64,000 bases of DNA. Source: a virus. The position numbers and the translations under genes are program-made. Of the stretch, positions 1 to 9,209 are shown piece by piece. The notes beneath the pieces were generated by a model. It worked only from the letters and a program-made list of their open reading frames with translations. It did not search any database and was not told the DNA's origin. Where the stretch lies: IMG/VR virus record IMGVR_UViG_3300049459_000229, positions 1 through 64,000 of that record. One strand, written 5' to 3'. Each line of letters begins with the position of its first letter. Position 1 is the stretch's first letter.

Positions 1-889
1 AAATCGACTTGATCGAGGTCGAGACCAGCGGCGCGCCGCCTTCCCACAGCTGGCCCACACCCTTGACACCGTTCTGGATGTCGTAGGTGTTCGAGGCTGC
101 CACGGCGCCGGTCAGGCGAGTGGTGGTCAGGGCCTGGCCGGCGCCGCTGACCAGCTGGTCCTTGCCGAGGAAACTGAAGGTCGCGTCGGTCAGCGCCTTC
201 GAGGCGATCTGGGTCGAGAACTTCGACACGTACATGCCGCGGAAGGTCTGGAACTGGTTGATGTCTTGCTGCTGCTTTTCGATGGTGAACGACTGCAGCG
301 TGGTGCCGTTGGACAGGCGCGAGGTTGCGATCGAGCTGCCGGCCACTGCGGTCGACGCCAGCAGCGGCGTGTTCACGTCCAGCGTGACGGTGGTCGTGGT
401 CGGCGCCACCGAAGTGGAATTGCGCACCAGCTTGCCGTCGTTCGGGTCACCCGGCATGTTGATGCGGAACCACTGGCCCGGCTGCAGGGTGGTGAATGCG
501 TTCGCACCAGTCGGCGCGGCGCCAGCGGTGATCACCGAAGCGGTAGTACCGGCCACGCCAGCGGTGACGGAAGCGGAGAAGGTAGTGCCCACGCCGTTGG
601 TGCCGTGAGCGCTCCAGCTCGAGCGCAGCAGGCTGGCCAGGAAGCGGTCGTATTCGGCGTACTGCATGTGCACCTTGATGTCGCCCTTCGCTTCACCGTA
701 GGTCGTGGTCGACGAGGTGAGTTCCGCAGTCGGGTTCATCTCCTTGTCGTTCTCCTTGGTCAGGTCGAACGACAGGGATTCGCCGGTGTTGCGCAGGGCA
801 TACGGATTGCCGGTGGTCGGAATGACACCGAACGAGGCTTCCGGCACGTAGGCAATCTGTTCCCGGCTGGCATTGGCGAAAGTGGGCAT
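1..889 (-). CDS. Major tail tube protein (3' end outside window)
   Basis: Absent from ORF track because open-ended; translated by hand from ATG 889 (SD GGAG): MPTFANASREQIAYVPEASFGVIPTTGNPYALRNTGESLSFDL, a typical tail-tube N-terminus; follows tail terminator gene. Confidence 0.85.
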   Translation of the reverse strand, partial: MPTFANASREQIAYVPEASFGVIPTTGNPYALRNTGESLSFDLTKENDKEMNPTAELTSSTTTYGEAKGDIKVHMQYAEYDRFLASLLRSSWSAHGTNGVGTTFSASVTAGVAGTTASVITAGAAPTGANAFTTLQPGQWFRINMPGDPNDGKLVRNSTSVAPTTTTVTLDVNTPLLASTAVAGSSIATSRLSNGTTLQSFTIEKQQQDINQFQTFRGMYVSKFSTQIASKALTDATFSFLGKDQLVSGAGQALTTTRLTGAVAASNTYDIQNGVKGVGQLWEGGAPLVSTSIKSI

Positions 890-916
890 GTTAGTTCTCC
901 GAAGAAATTTCCCCGG

Positions 917-958
917 AGTCTAGCAGGCAATTATTGCCAAGTGTAAATAGTTTGCCGT
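917..958 (-). promoter_or_regulatory. Putative late promoter of tail tube gene with palindromic operator
   Basis: Minus strand TTTACA...TGcTAGACT; palindrome GGCAATtATTGCC at 926-938; ACGGCAAAC at 950-958. Confidence 0.5.
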
Positions 959-962
959 CTAT

Positions 963-1391
963 TTACTGCTGCCGACTGAAGTAGAAGAAGGGGATGATCA
1001 CCGGCTGGTACCAGAGCCCCTTGAACTCGCGGCCGCGCACCGGGTACGCCGCTTGACACTGCAACGCACCAAACACCTGGGTGCTGAAGTAGGGCATGGC
1101 AAAGTCCAGCAATTGCTTGGCCGCAAGGGTGCCATTGCCGTCCTTGACGACGGCTGTCAACAGGATCTGGCCCCAGCGCTTAACGTTCGGATTCTGGCCA
1201 AGTTCGGCCTGCTCGCCGTCCAGTACCTCGATCGCCACCTGCAGATAGGGATTGACCTGGGTGGCGTGGTCGACTACGTTGCGCCCCTCAGGCTCGACGA
1301 CCAGCGGGTACGCCGCGTGGTCGGCGATGATCTGCTCGATCACGCCCATCACGGCCTGGTGCAGCTGGGCAAGGGTAAAGGATTCGCTCAC
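963..1391 (-). CDS. Tail terminator-like protein
   Basis: 142 aa, directly upstream of tail tube; G-x-G turn and WYQPVIIPF C-terminus typical of the family. Confidence 0.7.
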   Translation of the reverse strand: MSESFTLAQLHQAVMGVIEQIIADHAAYPLVVEPEGRNVVDHATQVNPYLQVAIEVLDGEQAELGQNPNVKRWGQILLTAVVKDGNGTLAAKQLLDFAMPYFSTQVFGALQCQAAYPVRGREFKGLWYQPVIIPFFYFSRQQ

Positions 1392-1939
1392 AGGTCCTCC
1401 GGGTTAAGGGCTTTGGGGATCGCCGCTGCCTGCGCGCGGATGTACGCATCGATGCGCACATGGCCCGGGATGACGTTCTCCGGACGCAGGCGCTCGACGC
1501 CATCCGGACCGATCATCGTCTGGCCGGCGGCGCCGACCTCGAGCTCGGTGGCGTTGATGAGGTGCACGCGGCTGCTCATCGTCACGCCGCGCAGCTGCGC
1601 CGCGCCGCGCGCCAGCGCGGTGCCGACGGCTTCCGGGTCGCCCGCCTGGTGCGGCGTGACACGGTACGCCGCGGTGCCGTCATAGGCGCCATCGCTGCGC
1701 GAGACGTGCGACTCAAATTTGCCCGGCCACGGCTTGTAGACCGGCATGTTGCCGTCGACCGCGATGTTCCAGTTGCTGGCGAAATCACCAGACCATTGCG
1801 GCGAGACGCGCACGCCTTTCTCGAACAGCCAGTAGAGTTTCTGCCGGTAGACGCCGTCGGCGGTATCGGCCACCTTCTTGCGCACACCCTTCAAGCTCTT
1901 GATCGCGGCGGCCAGCTTGGTGGCGTTGACCGCAATCAC
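1388..1939 (-). CDS. Neck/tail completion protein (HK97 gp10-like)
   Basis: SPQWSGDFASNW resembles the PVDTGxLRxSW motif; synteny. Confidence 0.6.
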   Translation of the reverse strand: MIAVNATKLAAAIKSLKGVRKKVADTADGVYRQKLYWLFEKGVRVSPQWSGDFASNWNIAVDGNMPVYKPWPGKFESHVSRSDGAYDGTAAYRVTPHQAGDPEAVGTALARGAAQLRGVTMSSRVHLINATELEVGAAGQTMIGPDGVERLRPENVIPGHVRIDAYIRAQAAAIPKALNPEDL

Positions 1940-2775
1940 ACCGGCCTCACGCGCAGCACACGCGCGTCGAGCTCGATGATCGAGGTCAGCACGCGCCAGG
2001 TCTGGCCCAGCATGGTCAGCTCGGAGCCGGGCTGCGGCGCCGCGCTGGCGGCGGCCACGAACACCACCCGGTCGCCCGGCTGGCTGTCGGCCTCCACTTG
2101 CGTGCGGTAGCGGTAGAACTTCAGCGAGTCGGCCTGGATCACCGGCAAGGTATTGCCGATCGACTCCAGTGTGTCCGTCACAAGGTTCAGCTTGCCGGTC
2201 GTAATGAAGGTCGCCTCCTGCAGTGCATCAGGCTCGAACTCGTCGGCCTCCAGCACCAGCAGGCCGTCAACCTCCATGTACTGGCCGCGCACGCGAAACA
2301 GTGCTGCGCCCTGCCGGAAGAACGCGCCGCGCGCGCCGGCGCCGTCGAGCGGGTTAATGTTGATGCTCCAGAGCGGATCCCAGTCAGAAAAGCTCTTCAC
2401 ATTCTGCATGTCGCGGTAGAGCTCCTTCTGGGTGTAGACCAGCATCCCAGGCGCGCCGGCGCAGGCCTCGGCCGGGGTCAGGCGGCGCATTGCATCGGTG
2501 CCGCGCTTGAGGCCCCAGACGCGGCGCACGGCCTCACCCTGGAAGCTGTCGACGTTGCTGTGGCCAACCAGCCACGGATCGCCCAGCAGCATCACCACGC
2601 CGCGCGCCGGCATGGTGTCGCCGACCTCGGTCGTCATGGTTCGCCGGCGAATCGTAGCGCCGGCCGAGGACTGGTCGTTGTGCGCCTTCGAGTGGCAGTA
2701 GCAAATGAATTCGCTGGTGTACGCGTCGTGCACCGGGTCGTTGTTGAAAAACGACGTGACAGCGGAGAATTCCAT
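1936..2775 (-). CDS. Head-tail joining/closure protein (putative)
   Basis: Start reassigned to MEFSAV (2775), 2 nt after the upstream stop; synteny. Confidence 0.55.
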   Translation of the reverse strand: MEFSAVTSFFNNDPVHDAYTSEFICYCHSKAHNDQSSAGATIRRRTMTTEVGDTMPARGVVMLLGDPWLVGHSNVDSFQGEAVRRVWGLKRGTDAMRRLTPAEACAGAPGMLVYTQKELYRDMQNVKSFSDWDPLWSININPLDGAGARGAFFRQGAALFRVRGQYMEVDGLLVLEADEFEPDALQEATFITTGKLNLVTDTLESIGNTLPVIQADSLKFYRYRTQVEADSQPGDRVVFVAAASAAPQPGSELTMLGQTWRVLTSIIELDARVLRVRPV

Positions 2776-2776
2776 A

Positions 2777-3262
2777 TCAGGTTCCGGTGACCGGGTCGGT
2801 GCCCAGGCCAGTGGTGACAGCGAAGATGCGGTCGACCGCGTTCGGCGCCGGCGCGTCATCATTGATCAGGGCGTAGGCACGCTGCAGACGGGTCTTGAGC
2901 ATCGCCATCACGGCCGGCACATCGATCCGCAGCTGCTTGAAGGGGTCAGCAGTGCGCTGCAGCTGCGCCTTTTCGTCGGCGATCAGCTGCGGCGCGAACA
3001 TCGGCAGGGCGGCCAAGCATTGGTTCGCCACGTGATAGGTGCCGTAGCTGGAGGCAAGTTCGAGGAAGCGCTCCTGGTCGTCCGATGGCTCATCGATCTC
3101 ATTGATGCGCGCGAAGTCGGCCATCATCTGCGTGCTCATGTCGCGCAGATCCTCGCGCAGGCGCACCGAGTAGATGGGGTTGGTCAGGACGCTGTCGGGC
3201 AGCTCCTTGGCCGAGACACCAAGCACAGCACGCACGCCGCTGGTGGGGACGAGATCGATCAT
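2777..3262 (-). CDS. Head-tail adaptor protein (putative)
   Basis: 161 aa, VRAVLGVSAKELPD N-terminus, SD GGAGG, first gene of head-tail block. Confidence 0.55.
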   Translation of the reverse strand: MIDLVPTSGVRAVLGVSAKELPDSVLTNPIYSVRLREDLRDMSTQMMADFARINEIDEPSDDQERFLELASSYGTYHVANQCLAALPMFAPQLIADEKAQLQRTADPFKQLRIDVPAVMAMLKTRLQRAYALINDDAPAPNAVDRIFAVTTGLGTDPVTGT

Positions 3263-3288
3263 GAGTTCCTCCGGAGATGGAGGTATTG

Positions 3289-3304
3289 TGGCACAGAAAT
3301 TGCT
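3289..3304 (+). promoter_or_regulatory. sigma54 -24/-12 consensus site, antiparallel to adaptor-gene promoter
   Basis: TGGCACagaaaTTGCT; the opposite strand reads TGTGC-CACAAT (extended -10-like). Confidence 0.7.
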
Positions 3305-3309
3305 TGAAT

Positions 3310-3342
3310 AAAAGAAAGGCCGCCTCTCGGCGGCCTTTCTTT
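3310..3342. terminator. Bidirectional intrinsic terminator
   Basis: AAAGAAAGGCCGCC-tctc-GGCGGCCTTTCTTT. Confidence 0.85.
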
Positions 3343-3454
3343 AGGCTGTACGACCAACAACTGGGATGGGATGGCCGTTCTTCATATGCCACTCCATGCC
3401 GATCCGGGCGCAGGCCAGGCGGACAAAGAAGACCATCGGCTTGAGCTGGGTCAT
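3341..3454 (-). CDS. Small hypothetical protein (37 aa)
   Basis: MTQLKPMVFFVRLAC...; ATGA overlap with upstream stop; ends at terminator. Confidence 0.45.
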   Translation of the reverse strand: MTQLKPMVFFVRLACARIGMEWHMKNGHPIPVVGRTA

Positions 3455-3732
3455 GCCTGCACCGGCGTGAAGTCGACGTAGAAGGTGTCACCGGCCTTGT
3501 ACTTGCCGAGCAGGTCAGGATTGCTGACGTACATGGACAGGTTGGCCGACGGCGTCCAGCGGGCGAACGAGTTGTTCTCGTCGCTGCCGTCAGCCGGGTA
3601 GCCGTCCGACTTGCAGACCGCACGGAACTCGAGGTTTTCGCCGAGGACCGCACTGTTCGGATCGGACGAGTTCATCAGGCTCTGGCAAACACCCGAAACG
3701 ACCATCTTGGCGCGCATGGACGGGGCGCTCAT
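3451..3732 (-). CDS. Hypothetical phage protein
   Basis: 93 aa, coupled to 3729..4070; FARWTPSANLSMYVSNP...GDTFYVDF resembles a common small phage family. Confidence 0.75.
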   Translation of the reverse strand: MSAPSMRAKMVVSGVCQSLMNSSDPNSAVLGENLEFRAVCKSDGYPADGSDENNSFARWTPSANLSMYVSNPDLLGKYKAGDTFYVDFTPVQA

Positions 3733-4070
3733 GCCGATGCCTTGTCAGCAGCCGGCGCGACACCAGCCTGGGCGACGGCATCTTCCACCGGCAGCTTGCC
3801 GTTGGCGATGCGCTGGGCGTGCTCGGCGGTGCGCTCGCGCTCCTGGCGGGCCAGCTCATCGGCGGCGTTCTGGTCGGCGATCTTCTGCAGGTCTTTCTCG
3901 TTCGGGTCGTCGTCCGGGTTGGCGCAGCGCTTGATGCTCGGCTGGTTCAGGACCCAGCTGGTCAGCTCGGCACGCGTGGCCTTGCCCGGCTCGAAGCGGG
4001 TGCCGGAAATGGGGTCGGGCAGGGGAAAGCTGCCTTCATTGCGCAGCCAGACGCGGGGGGTTTCAGCCAT
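3729..4070 (-). CDS. Hypothetical protein after capsid gene
   Basis: 113 aa, SD AAGGAG, own promoter-like TTGCTC-N17-CACAAT. Confidence 0.75.
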   Translation of the reverse strand: MAETPRVWLRNEGSFPLPDPISGTRFEPGKATRAELTSWVLNQPSIKRCANPDDDPNEKDLQKIADQNAADELARQERERTAEHAQRIANGKLPVEDAVAQAGVAPAADKASA

Positions 4071-4139
4071 GATGGGCTCCTTAGTTGTGGTGAGGATATT
4101 GTGTCACGGAAAATGACACAGAGCAAGTTGTTTGCCGTT

Positions 4140-4170
4140 AAAAGAAAACAGCCCCGAAGGGCCGTTTTCT
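4140..4170 (-). terminator. Intrinsic terminator after major capsid gene
   Basis: AGAAAACGGCCC-ttcg-GGGCTGTTTTCTTTT on minus strand. Confidence 0.8.
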
Positions 4171-4184
4171 GGTGGTGCTGTCGC

Positions 4185-5411
4185 TTACGCGATGACCAGG
4201 CGGGTGAACGGGGTCAGCTCCGCGTCGCCAAAGGTGCGGTACACCTCCTGCGACCAGTGCATCACCATCATCGAGCTGCGGCGCAGGATGAATTCCTCGG
4301 TCGCCTGGTATTCAGCTTCGGTGTTCGACACCGAGGTGATCGCCTTGCGAGCGTCCAGGCCCCAGACTTCGCCGGCCGGCACCGGGCCGCCTTGCGTGGC
4401 CGGGTCGACGATGAAGAAGGTCACGTCCTGGAAGTCCAGGTTGGTGACGCGAGCCTGCGCTTCGATGATCGGCAAGCGGTTGTCGTAAGCCGACAGGCCC
4501 GGACGGCCGGCGCGGTTTTCGATCTTCAGGTAGGTGTCGATGTCGCAGATCGCGTGCGTGATCTTGCGCGACTTGCGCTTGTCGGTCAGCCATTTCACCC
4601 AGGCCTTGTGGGTCATCACGCCGCCGGTCGCGACGGAGTCGTACGAGGTCGAGGTCACGGTCGGCACGGTGCCGATCACCATGTCGTTGTCGCCGACGTA
4701 CAAACTCGAGATGTAGTTGTAGACGCGCTGGTCTTTCTCGATCTCCTGGTAGCGCTTGACGGTCATGGCCAGCAGATCCAGGGTCTGGGTCTTCATGGCC
4801 TGCGCCGACATCTCGATACCGATACCGTAGGTCGGCAGACGACGCACCTTGTCGCTGGTAGTGATCTGCAGGATGGTCGGGACCATCGCCAGCTGCGAGA
4901 CGCGCTGCGCCTTGGCCTTGGTCGGACCTTGCTCGCCCGGGATCGTGTAGTTGATCAGCGGCTGCTCGAAGGTGTCGCCACCGATCGAGGTCTTCTGGGC
5001 CACCATGCTCTCGAACACCTGAGTGTCGGTGGTGCGGTCGACGTCGACGGCAGCTTCGATCGCGGCGATCAGCGCGGCCGGGAACAGGTTGCGCGACTGC
5101 GAGCCGTAGGGATTACCCTTCTGCTGCACGTTGGTCGAGCTGGCGGCGTCGAAGCCACTTTTGCCTTCCAGGATGTCGGCGACGATCGGAGAGCGCAGGC
5201 CGAAAGGGTTGTTGCCCTTCGGCGTGATGATTAGGCCTTCCGAGGCGCACAACTGCGCGAAGACCGAACCCTTCGAGGTGTCGACATCCGCCTGGAACTT
5301 CGAGTTCAGGTATTGCGGAACCGACTTCTGCTCCGCTTTGGCAGCTGCGTACACCGCCGCATCGACCTGGATGTGTTCGGAGTTGCCGTCTTTATTGATG
5401 AAAAATGCCAT
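4185..5411 (-). CDS. Major capsid protein
   Basis: Start reassigned to MAFFINKDG (5411), 408 aa; follows protease, scaffold and decoration genes; followed by a terminator. Confidence 0.85.
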   Translation of the reverse strand: MAFFINKDGNSEHIQVDAAVYAAAKAEQKSVPQYLNSKFQADVDTSKGSVFAQLCASEGLIITPKGNNPFGLRSPIVADILEGKSGFDAASSTNVQQKGNPYGSQSRNLFPAALIAAIEAAVDVDRTTDTQVFESMVAQKTSIGGDTFEQPLINYTIPGEQGPTKAKAQRVSQLAMVPTILQITTSDKVRRLPTYGIGIEMSAQAMKTQTLDLLAMTVKRYQEIEKDQRVYNYISSLYVGDNDMVIGTVPTVTSTSYDSVATGGVMTHKAWVKWLTDKRKSRKITHAICDIDTYLKIENRAGRPGLSAYDNRLPIIEAQARVTNLDFQDVTFFIVDPATQGGPVPAGEVWGLDARKAITSVSNTEAEYQATEEFILRRSSMMVMHWSQEVYRTFGDAELTPFTRLVIA

Positions 5412-5416
5412 TTTGA

Positions 5417-5965
5417 TTAGCTCCCGACGCGGGTGATAACGATGGTGGTGCCGGGAGCCCCGGTACCGACTGGGCCAAGCGATACGACGCGCCAGGCATG
5501 TGCGGACAGCTTCATCTGGGCGGCGGCGGCGGTGAGATCTGCCGGGACAGCGCCCAGTTGTTGAGTGGCCTTTACGACTTTCGGGTAGGCGGTGGACATC
5601 GCCACGCCCTTGGCATCCTGGGTGCCGGCCACGACGTAGTCGCCGACCGCGATGGTGCCGGTGCCTTCGGTCGCCTGCAGGCCGTTGGCGGTCACGTAGA
5701 TTTCCTTGGTTTCGCGGACGCCGCCGATGGTCCAACCATCGGAAGTCGCAGCTTCGACCGAAACGATCTGTGCTTCGATGACGTCGCCGGCGGCGCAGAT
5801 GTCATATTGCGATTCGCCGACCAGCTTGACGAATTTGCTTTCTTCCAGGTAGGTCATGGAACCGCCGGTGCCCGGGACGCCGCCGACCGTGCGGGACGCG
5901 CCCAGACGGACGACCATGACGTCGGGAGTCGGCCCCGTCGGAGTGATGTAGTGTGCTTTGGACAT
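5417..5965 (-). CDS. Head decoration/cement protein
   Basis: 182 aa, G/T/A-rich beta protein between scaffold and capsid. Confidence 0.65.
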   Translation of the reverse strand: MSKAHYITPTGPTPDVMVVRLGASRTVGGVPGTGGSMTYLEESKFVKLVGESQYDICAAGDVIEAQIVSVEAATSDGWTIGGVRETKEIYVTANGLQATEGTGTIAVGDYVVAGTQDAKGVAMSTAYPKVVKATQQLGAVPADLTAAAAQMKLSAHAWRVVSLGPVGTGAPGTTIVITRVGS

Positions 5966-5976
5966 GGTGCGCCCCT

Positions 5977-6603
5977 TTATTTAACGAGAGAGTTTTCCAC
6001 TGCCGCGGCAAACATCGGATTGACGGTGGCCTTGGTGTTGGGTTTTTCTTCCGGCGACGCCACGGCTGCGACGCCGCCGACACGGAACTGCTTCTTGTGG
6101 ATGCCGTCAATGCGCTTGAATTCATCGACGATATTGGCCGAGGTGTATCCGGCTGCGATGTCGGCCGTACCGCCCAGTGCCACCAGCTTCTCACCGACCA
6201 CTGCGCGCAGCGTCTCTGTCAGGCTGTCGGCCAGGCCAGCCTGCGCCTTGAAACCTGCAGCTTCGACTTGCGATGCCAGCAGCTTGGTGGTCAGGTCCGA
6301 GACTTCCGCTTTCAGGTGCGAGACCAGAACGGACGAGCCGGCGTCTTCCGCGGTCACGGTACCAGCAGCAGCGGCAGCGGACGCACCAGCTTCACCTGCC
6401 GGCGGCGTGGTAGCAGTCACTGCGCCGGTAGCGGCGGCGCTCGACGCGGCAACTGCACCGGCGTCAGCAGCGCCGGGCGCGGCGGTCGCGTCAGCGCCCG
6501 GATTGCCCGGCGGATTGGCTTCCGGTGCGGTCGCCAGTGCGGCAACCTGCTCCTGAGTGCCGCCTGAAGCAAGGCAGGCGATCTGTGCGGCGTTAAGTTT
6601 CAT
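5977..6603 (-). CDS. Capsid scaffolding protein
   Basis: Start MKLNAAQ (6603, SD AAGGA); Ala/Pro low-complexity region plus coiled coil; between protease and decoration gene. Confidence 0.65.
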   Translation of the reverse strand: MKLNAAQIACLASGGTQEQVAALATAPEANPPGNPGADATAAPGAADAGAVAASSAAATGAVTATTPPAGEAGASAAAAAGTVTAEDAGSSVLVSHLKAEVSDLTTKLLASQVEAAGFKAQAGLADSLTETLRAVVGEKLVALGGTADIAAGYTSANIVDEFKRIDGIHKKQFRVGGVAAVASPEEKPNTKATVNPMFAAAVENSLVK

Positions 6604-6624
6604 TTCAGCATCCTTTTGAATGAT

Positions 6625-6657
6625 GGCAATTATTGGGCACGGATTTTGCTTTGTCAA
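6625..6657 (-). promoter_or_regulatory. sigma70-type promoter of scaffold-capsid operon with embedded antiparallel sigma54-like site
   Basis: Minus strand TTGACA-N17-AATAAT; plus strand GGGCACggattTTGCT at 6635-6650; GGCAATTATTG half-operator. Confidence 0.7.
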
Positions 6658-7454
6658 CGACTTTTCGCTGCGGCAACAGCCTGATCGAAAGTCTGAACTT
6701 TCTTGACCAGGCCGGCGGTCACCGCGCGCTGGCCAAGGAACGTCCGGCCCTTGCCCATGTGCTCACGCACGTGGCTGGCGGACACGCCCAGCATCTTGCC
6801 GACGTGGTCTTCGAACAGACCAGCGACGTCGTTCACCTGGCTCTGCATCTCAGCCTTGGCGGCTTCCGACAGCGGCTCGTACGGGTTGCCCAGCATCTTG
6901 AATTCGCCTGAACGCACGACAGTCTTGTCAATGCCCTCGGCCTCGAGCTTGCGGTGGGTTGCGGTGTGGATCTGGACGGCGCCGATCGAGCCGGCCACGC
7001 CCATCGGGCTGATCGACAGGTTGTCGGCGGCGCTCATGGCCCAATAAGCGGCAGAAGCGCCGACGGTGCTGATGTGGCCGTCGATCGGCTTGACCGTCTT
7101 GATCTGCGTGATGTAGTCGGCTAGCGGCTGCGCGCCACTGGCGGCGCCGCCGCTGGAGCGGCCATCGAGCAGGATGCGCTTGACGTCGCCGTCCATGGCG
7201 GCTTGGGTCAGCGCAGACTCAATGTCGGCATAGCCCGTCACGCCGAAGAACGACAGCCAGCCGGCATGGCCTTCAATCAGCGAGCCGCTGATCGGGATGA
7301 TGGCCAGGTTGCCCTGCTTCTGCCAGGTCTTGGGCATGTCAGGGCTGTCGCCACCGCGCGCCAGCAGTTCCTGCGCCATGACCTTCACGCTGGCCAAGGC
7401 CTGCAAGTAGACTTCGAAGCTCTCTTCCGAGCCGGCCCAGAAAATCGGGATCAT
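6654..7454 (-). CDS. Prohead protease, S49 (SppA/ClpP-like) family
   Basis: SSGG, GASAAYW, GSIG and RSGEFK motifs of S49 peptidases. Confidence 0.9.
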   Translation of the reverse strand: MIPIFWAGSEESFEVYLQALASVKVMAQELLARGGDSPDMPKTWQKQGNLAIIPISGSLIEGHAGWLSFFGVTGYADIESALTQAAMDGDVKRILLDGRSSGGAASGAQPLADYITQIKTVKPIDGHISTVGASAAYWAMSAADNLSISPMGVAGSIGAVQIHTATHRKLEAEGIDKTVVRSGEFKMLGNPYEPLSEAAKAEMQSQVNDVAGLFEDHVGKMLGVSASHVREHMGKGRTFLGQRAVTAGLVKKVQTFDQAVAAAKSR

Positions 7455-9040
7455 TTTTGCGGTCCTTTCGGTTTGCTCGGGGCGTCAGATTTCTGGCCCT
7501 GCTGGCCGGCGCCCTGTTTGTTGCCCAGAGGCGACGCTTTGCTGTTCGGATTGGTCGGGTCGGCAGACGTGCCGTCGCCAGCAGCACCCGCGGCGCCGCC
7601 TGCGGCCGGCGTGTAGAAGCCGGTACCGGACAGCGGCGTGAAGCCGTCCGGCGTCATCTCGCCAGTCAGCTCGAGCGATGCCTCGTCGTCGGTCAGGAAA
7701 CCCAAGCTCAGGAGCTCGAGGTTGCGAGACTGCTTCATCGATTTGAAGCTCTCGAGCTCCAGGGTCGGGCGCAGGTTGATGTCGTCGTAGAGGAATTCGA
7801 CGGTGACGTCCATGCCGAACAGCCGCACGGCCAGCGTCATCGCCTTGGAGAACATCTCCTGCAGCTTGATGCGGATGATGCCGTTGGCGCTCATCATGAA
7901 GACCATGGTCTCGGTGCTGGCCACATTCTGCGAGCCGGAGCCGTGGCCCAGGATCGACGGCATCACCTTGGCGCCGGTCGAGACCTTTTCGTCGACAATG
8001 CCCTTGACAGTGTCGAAGCTCTCGGCACTGTTGTTGCTCTTCATGTCGACCACGGAGACCGAGAAAAAGTCGAAATGGATGATCGCGTCTTCCGGGTTCA
8101 TCGTGTTGATGACCGACTGGATGTTCGCGAGCGTGCCGTTGATGAATTTATTCAGTTCGATCGTGTCGTGCAGGATCTCCGGCGGGATCCGCAGGCGCAG
8201 CTTTTCTTCGTCGATCTCGACGTCGTAGCGTGGGAACACAGAGCGCTTGCAGATGCGACGCATGTCGTTGGCGAAGTCGGCTGCCGTCAGTACCGGCTGC
8301 ACCGCGGCCTCCATCGGGCTGATCGCGTAAGCGGTCAGCAGGTCCTGGTCGAGCGAGGTGTAGAAGAAGGTCGGGATGTCGAGGTCGATGTACTCGCCGC
8401 CGATCAGCTGCTGGGCCTTGATGCCCTGGCTGTTCTTGTCCTCGACGAAGACCAGCTGGGAGACCGGCACCGGCTGAAACTTGTAGGGCATGCGGTTCTT
8501 GTCCAGCACCAGTTCCAGCGCCATAGCACCTTCGACAAGGATTTCCTTGCCCAGGGCTTCAGCCACCGATCGAAGACTCGAGACTTGGGAAAAACCGGAC
8601 GCGTAATCGGGCATGAAGTCGAACTGGCGCAGGATGCTGTTGGCCAGCGCGGTTGCTTCGCGGTTGAAGCTGCCGTCGATATTGCGCGCCTTGACCCTCC
8701 ACCCTTCCGGAATGCCGACCCGCAGGAATGCGTTGGTGGCCGCCGACAGGTCTGGCGTCAGGCGCGAAAGCGAGCGAATGGCGCCGGGCGTGTTCGCCGC
8801 TGCGCGCGCGGCCGCAGCGATGTCGGTTGTGACGACCCGGCTATCCTGCTTGGTCAACGGCGAGATGACGTAGCTGGTGTTCGGCACGTAGCCGGGCTGA
8901 GTCACCTGCTTGTTCGGCGTCTTCGGCGTCTCTACCAGCGGCATGGCCGGCTGGCTGGTTGTCGGCTGGAGCGTGCCAGTGCCCTTCCCCGCTTTGGGCG
9001 TGGTCAGCTTGGCAAACAGTTGGCGGGCGGCATCGAACAT
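7451..9040 (-). CDS. Portal protein
   Basis: 529 aa between large terminase and protease; low-complexity termini. Confidence 0.85.
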   Translation of the reverse strand: MFDAARQLFAKLTTPKAGKGTGTLQPTTSQPAMPLVETPKTPNKQVTQPGYVPNTSYVISPLTKQDSRVVTTDIAAAARAAANTPGAIRSLSRLTPDLSAATNAFLRVGIPEGWRVKARNIDGSFNREATALANSILRQFDFMPDYASGFSQVSSLRSVAEALGKEILVEGAMALELVLDKNRMPYKFQPVPVSQLVFVEDKNSQGIKAQQLIGGEYIDLDIPTFFYTSLDQDLLTAYAISPMEAAVQPVLTAADFANDMRRICKRSVFPRYDVEIDEEKLRLRIPPEILHDTIELNKFINGTLANIQSVINTMNPEDAIIHFDFFSVSVVDMKSNNSAESFDTVKGIVDEKVSTGAKVMPSILGHGSGSQNVASTETMVFMMSANGIIRIKLQEMFSKAMTLAVRLFGMDVTVEFLYDDINLRPTLELESFKSMKQSRNLELLSLGFLTDDEASLELTGEMTPDGFTPLSGTGFYTPAAGGAAGAAGDGTSADPTNPNSKASPLGNKQGAGQQGQKSDAPSKPKGPQK

Positions 9041-9046
9041 GCCGCG

Positions 9047-9075
9047 AGTATGGCACAGCTCTTGCTAGGCAGCAA
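9047..9075 (-). promoter_or_regulatory. Portal promoter (probably leaderless) with embedded antiparallel sigma54 site
   Basis: Minus strand TTGCTG-N17-CATACT, 6 nt before ATG; plus strand TGGCACagctcTTGCT at 9051-9066. Confidence 0.7.
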
Positions 9076-9089
9076 CCGAGAAATTGCGG

Positions 9090-9120
9090 AAAAGAAAAAG
9101 CCCGCGGATGCGGGCGTTTC
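9090..9120 (-). terminator. Intrinsic terminator after terminase gene
   Basis: GCCCGC-atcc-GCGGGC-TTTTTCTTTT on minus strand. Confidence 0.75.
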
Positions 9121-9209
9121 CTCGGCCGGGAACCCCAGCCCTTACCAGTCGAGAGCGGCCCGGCTGGCTGAATCTGCACCTTACCGATGCGCAGGCAGAC
9201 TCTACCACA

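Noticed and set aside
5412-5735. N-terminal extension of the capsid ORF in the track (516 aa)
   Set aside because: Arg-rich off-frame read of the decoration gene; the real start is MAFFINK at 5411.
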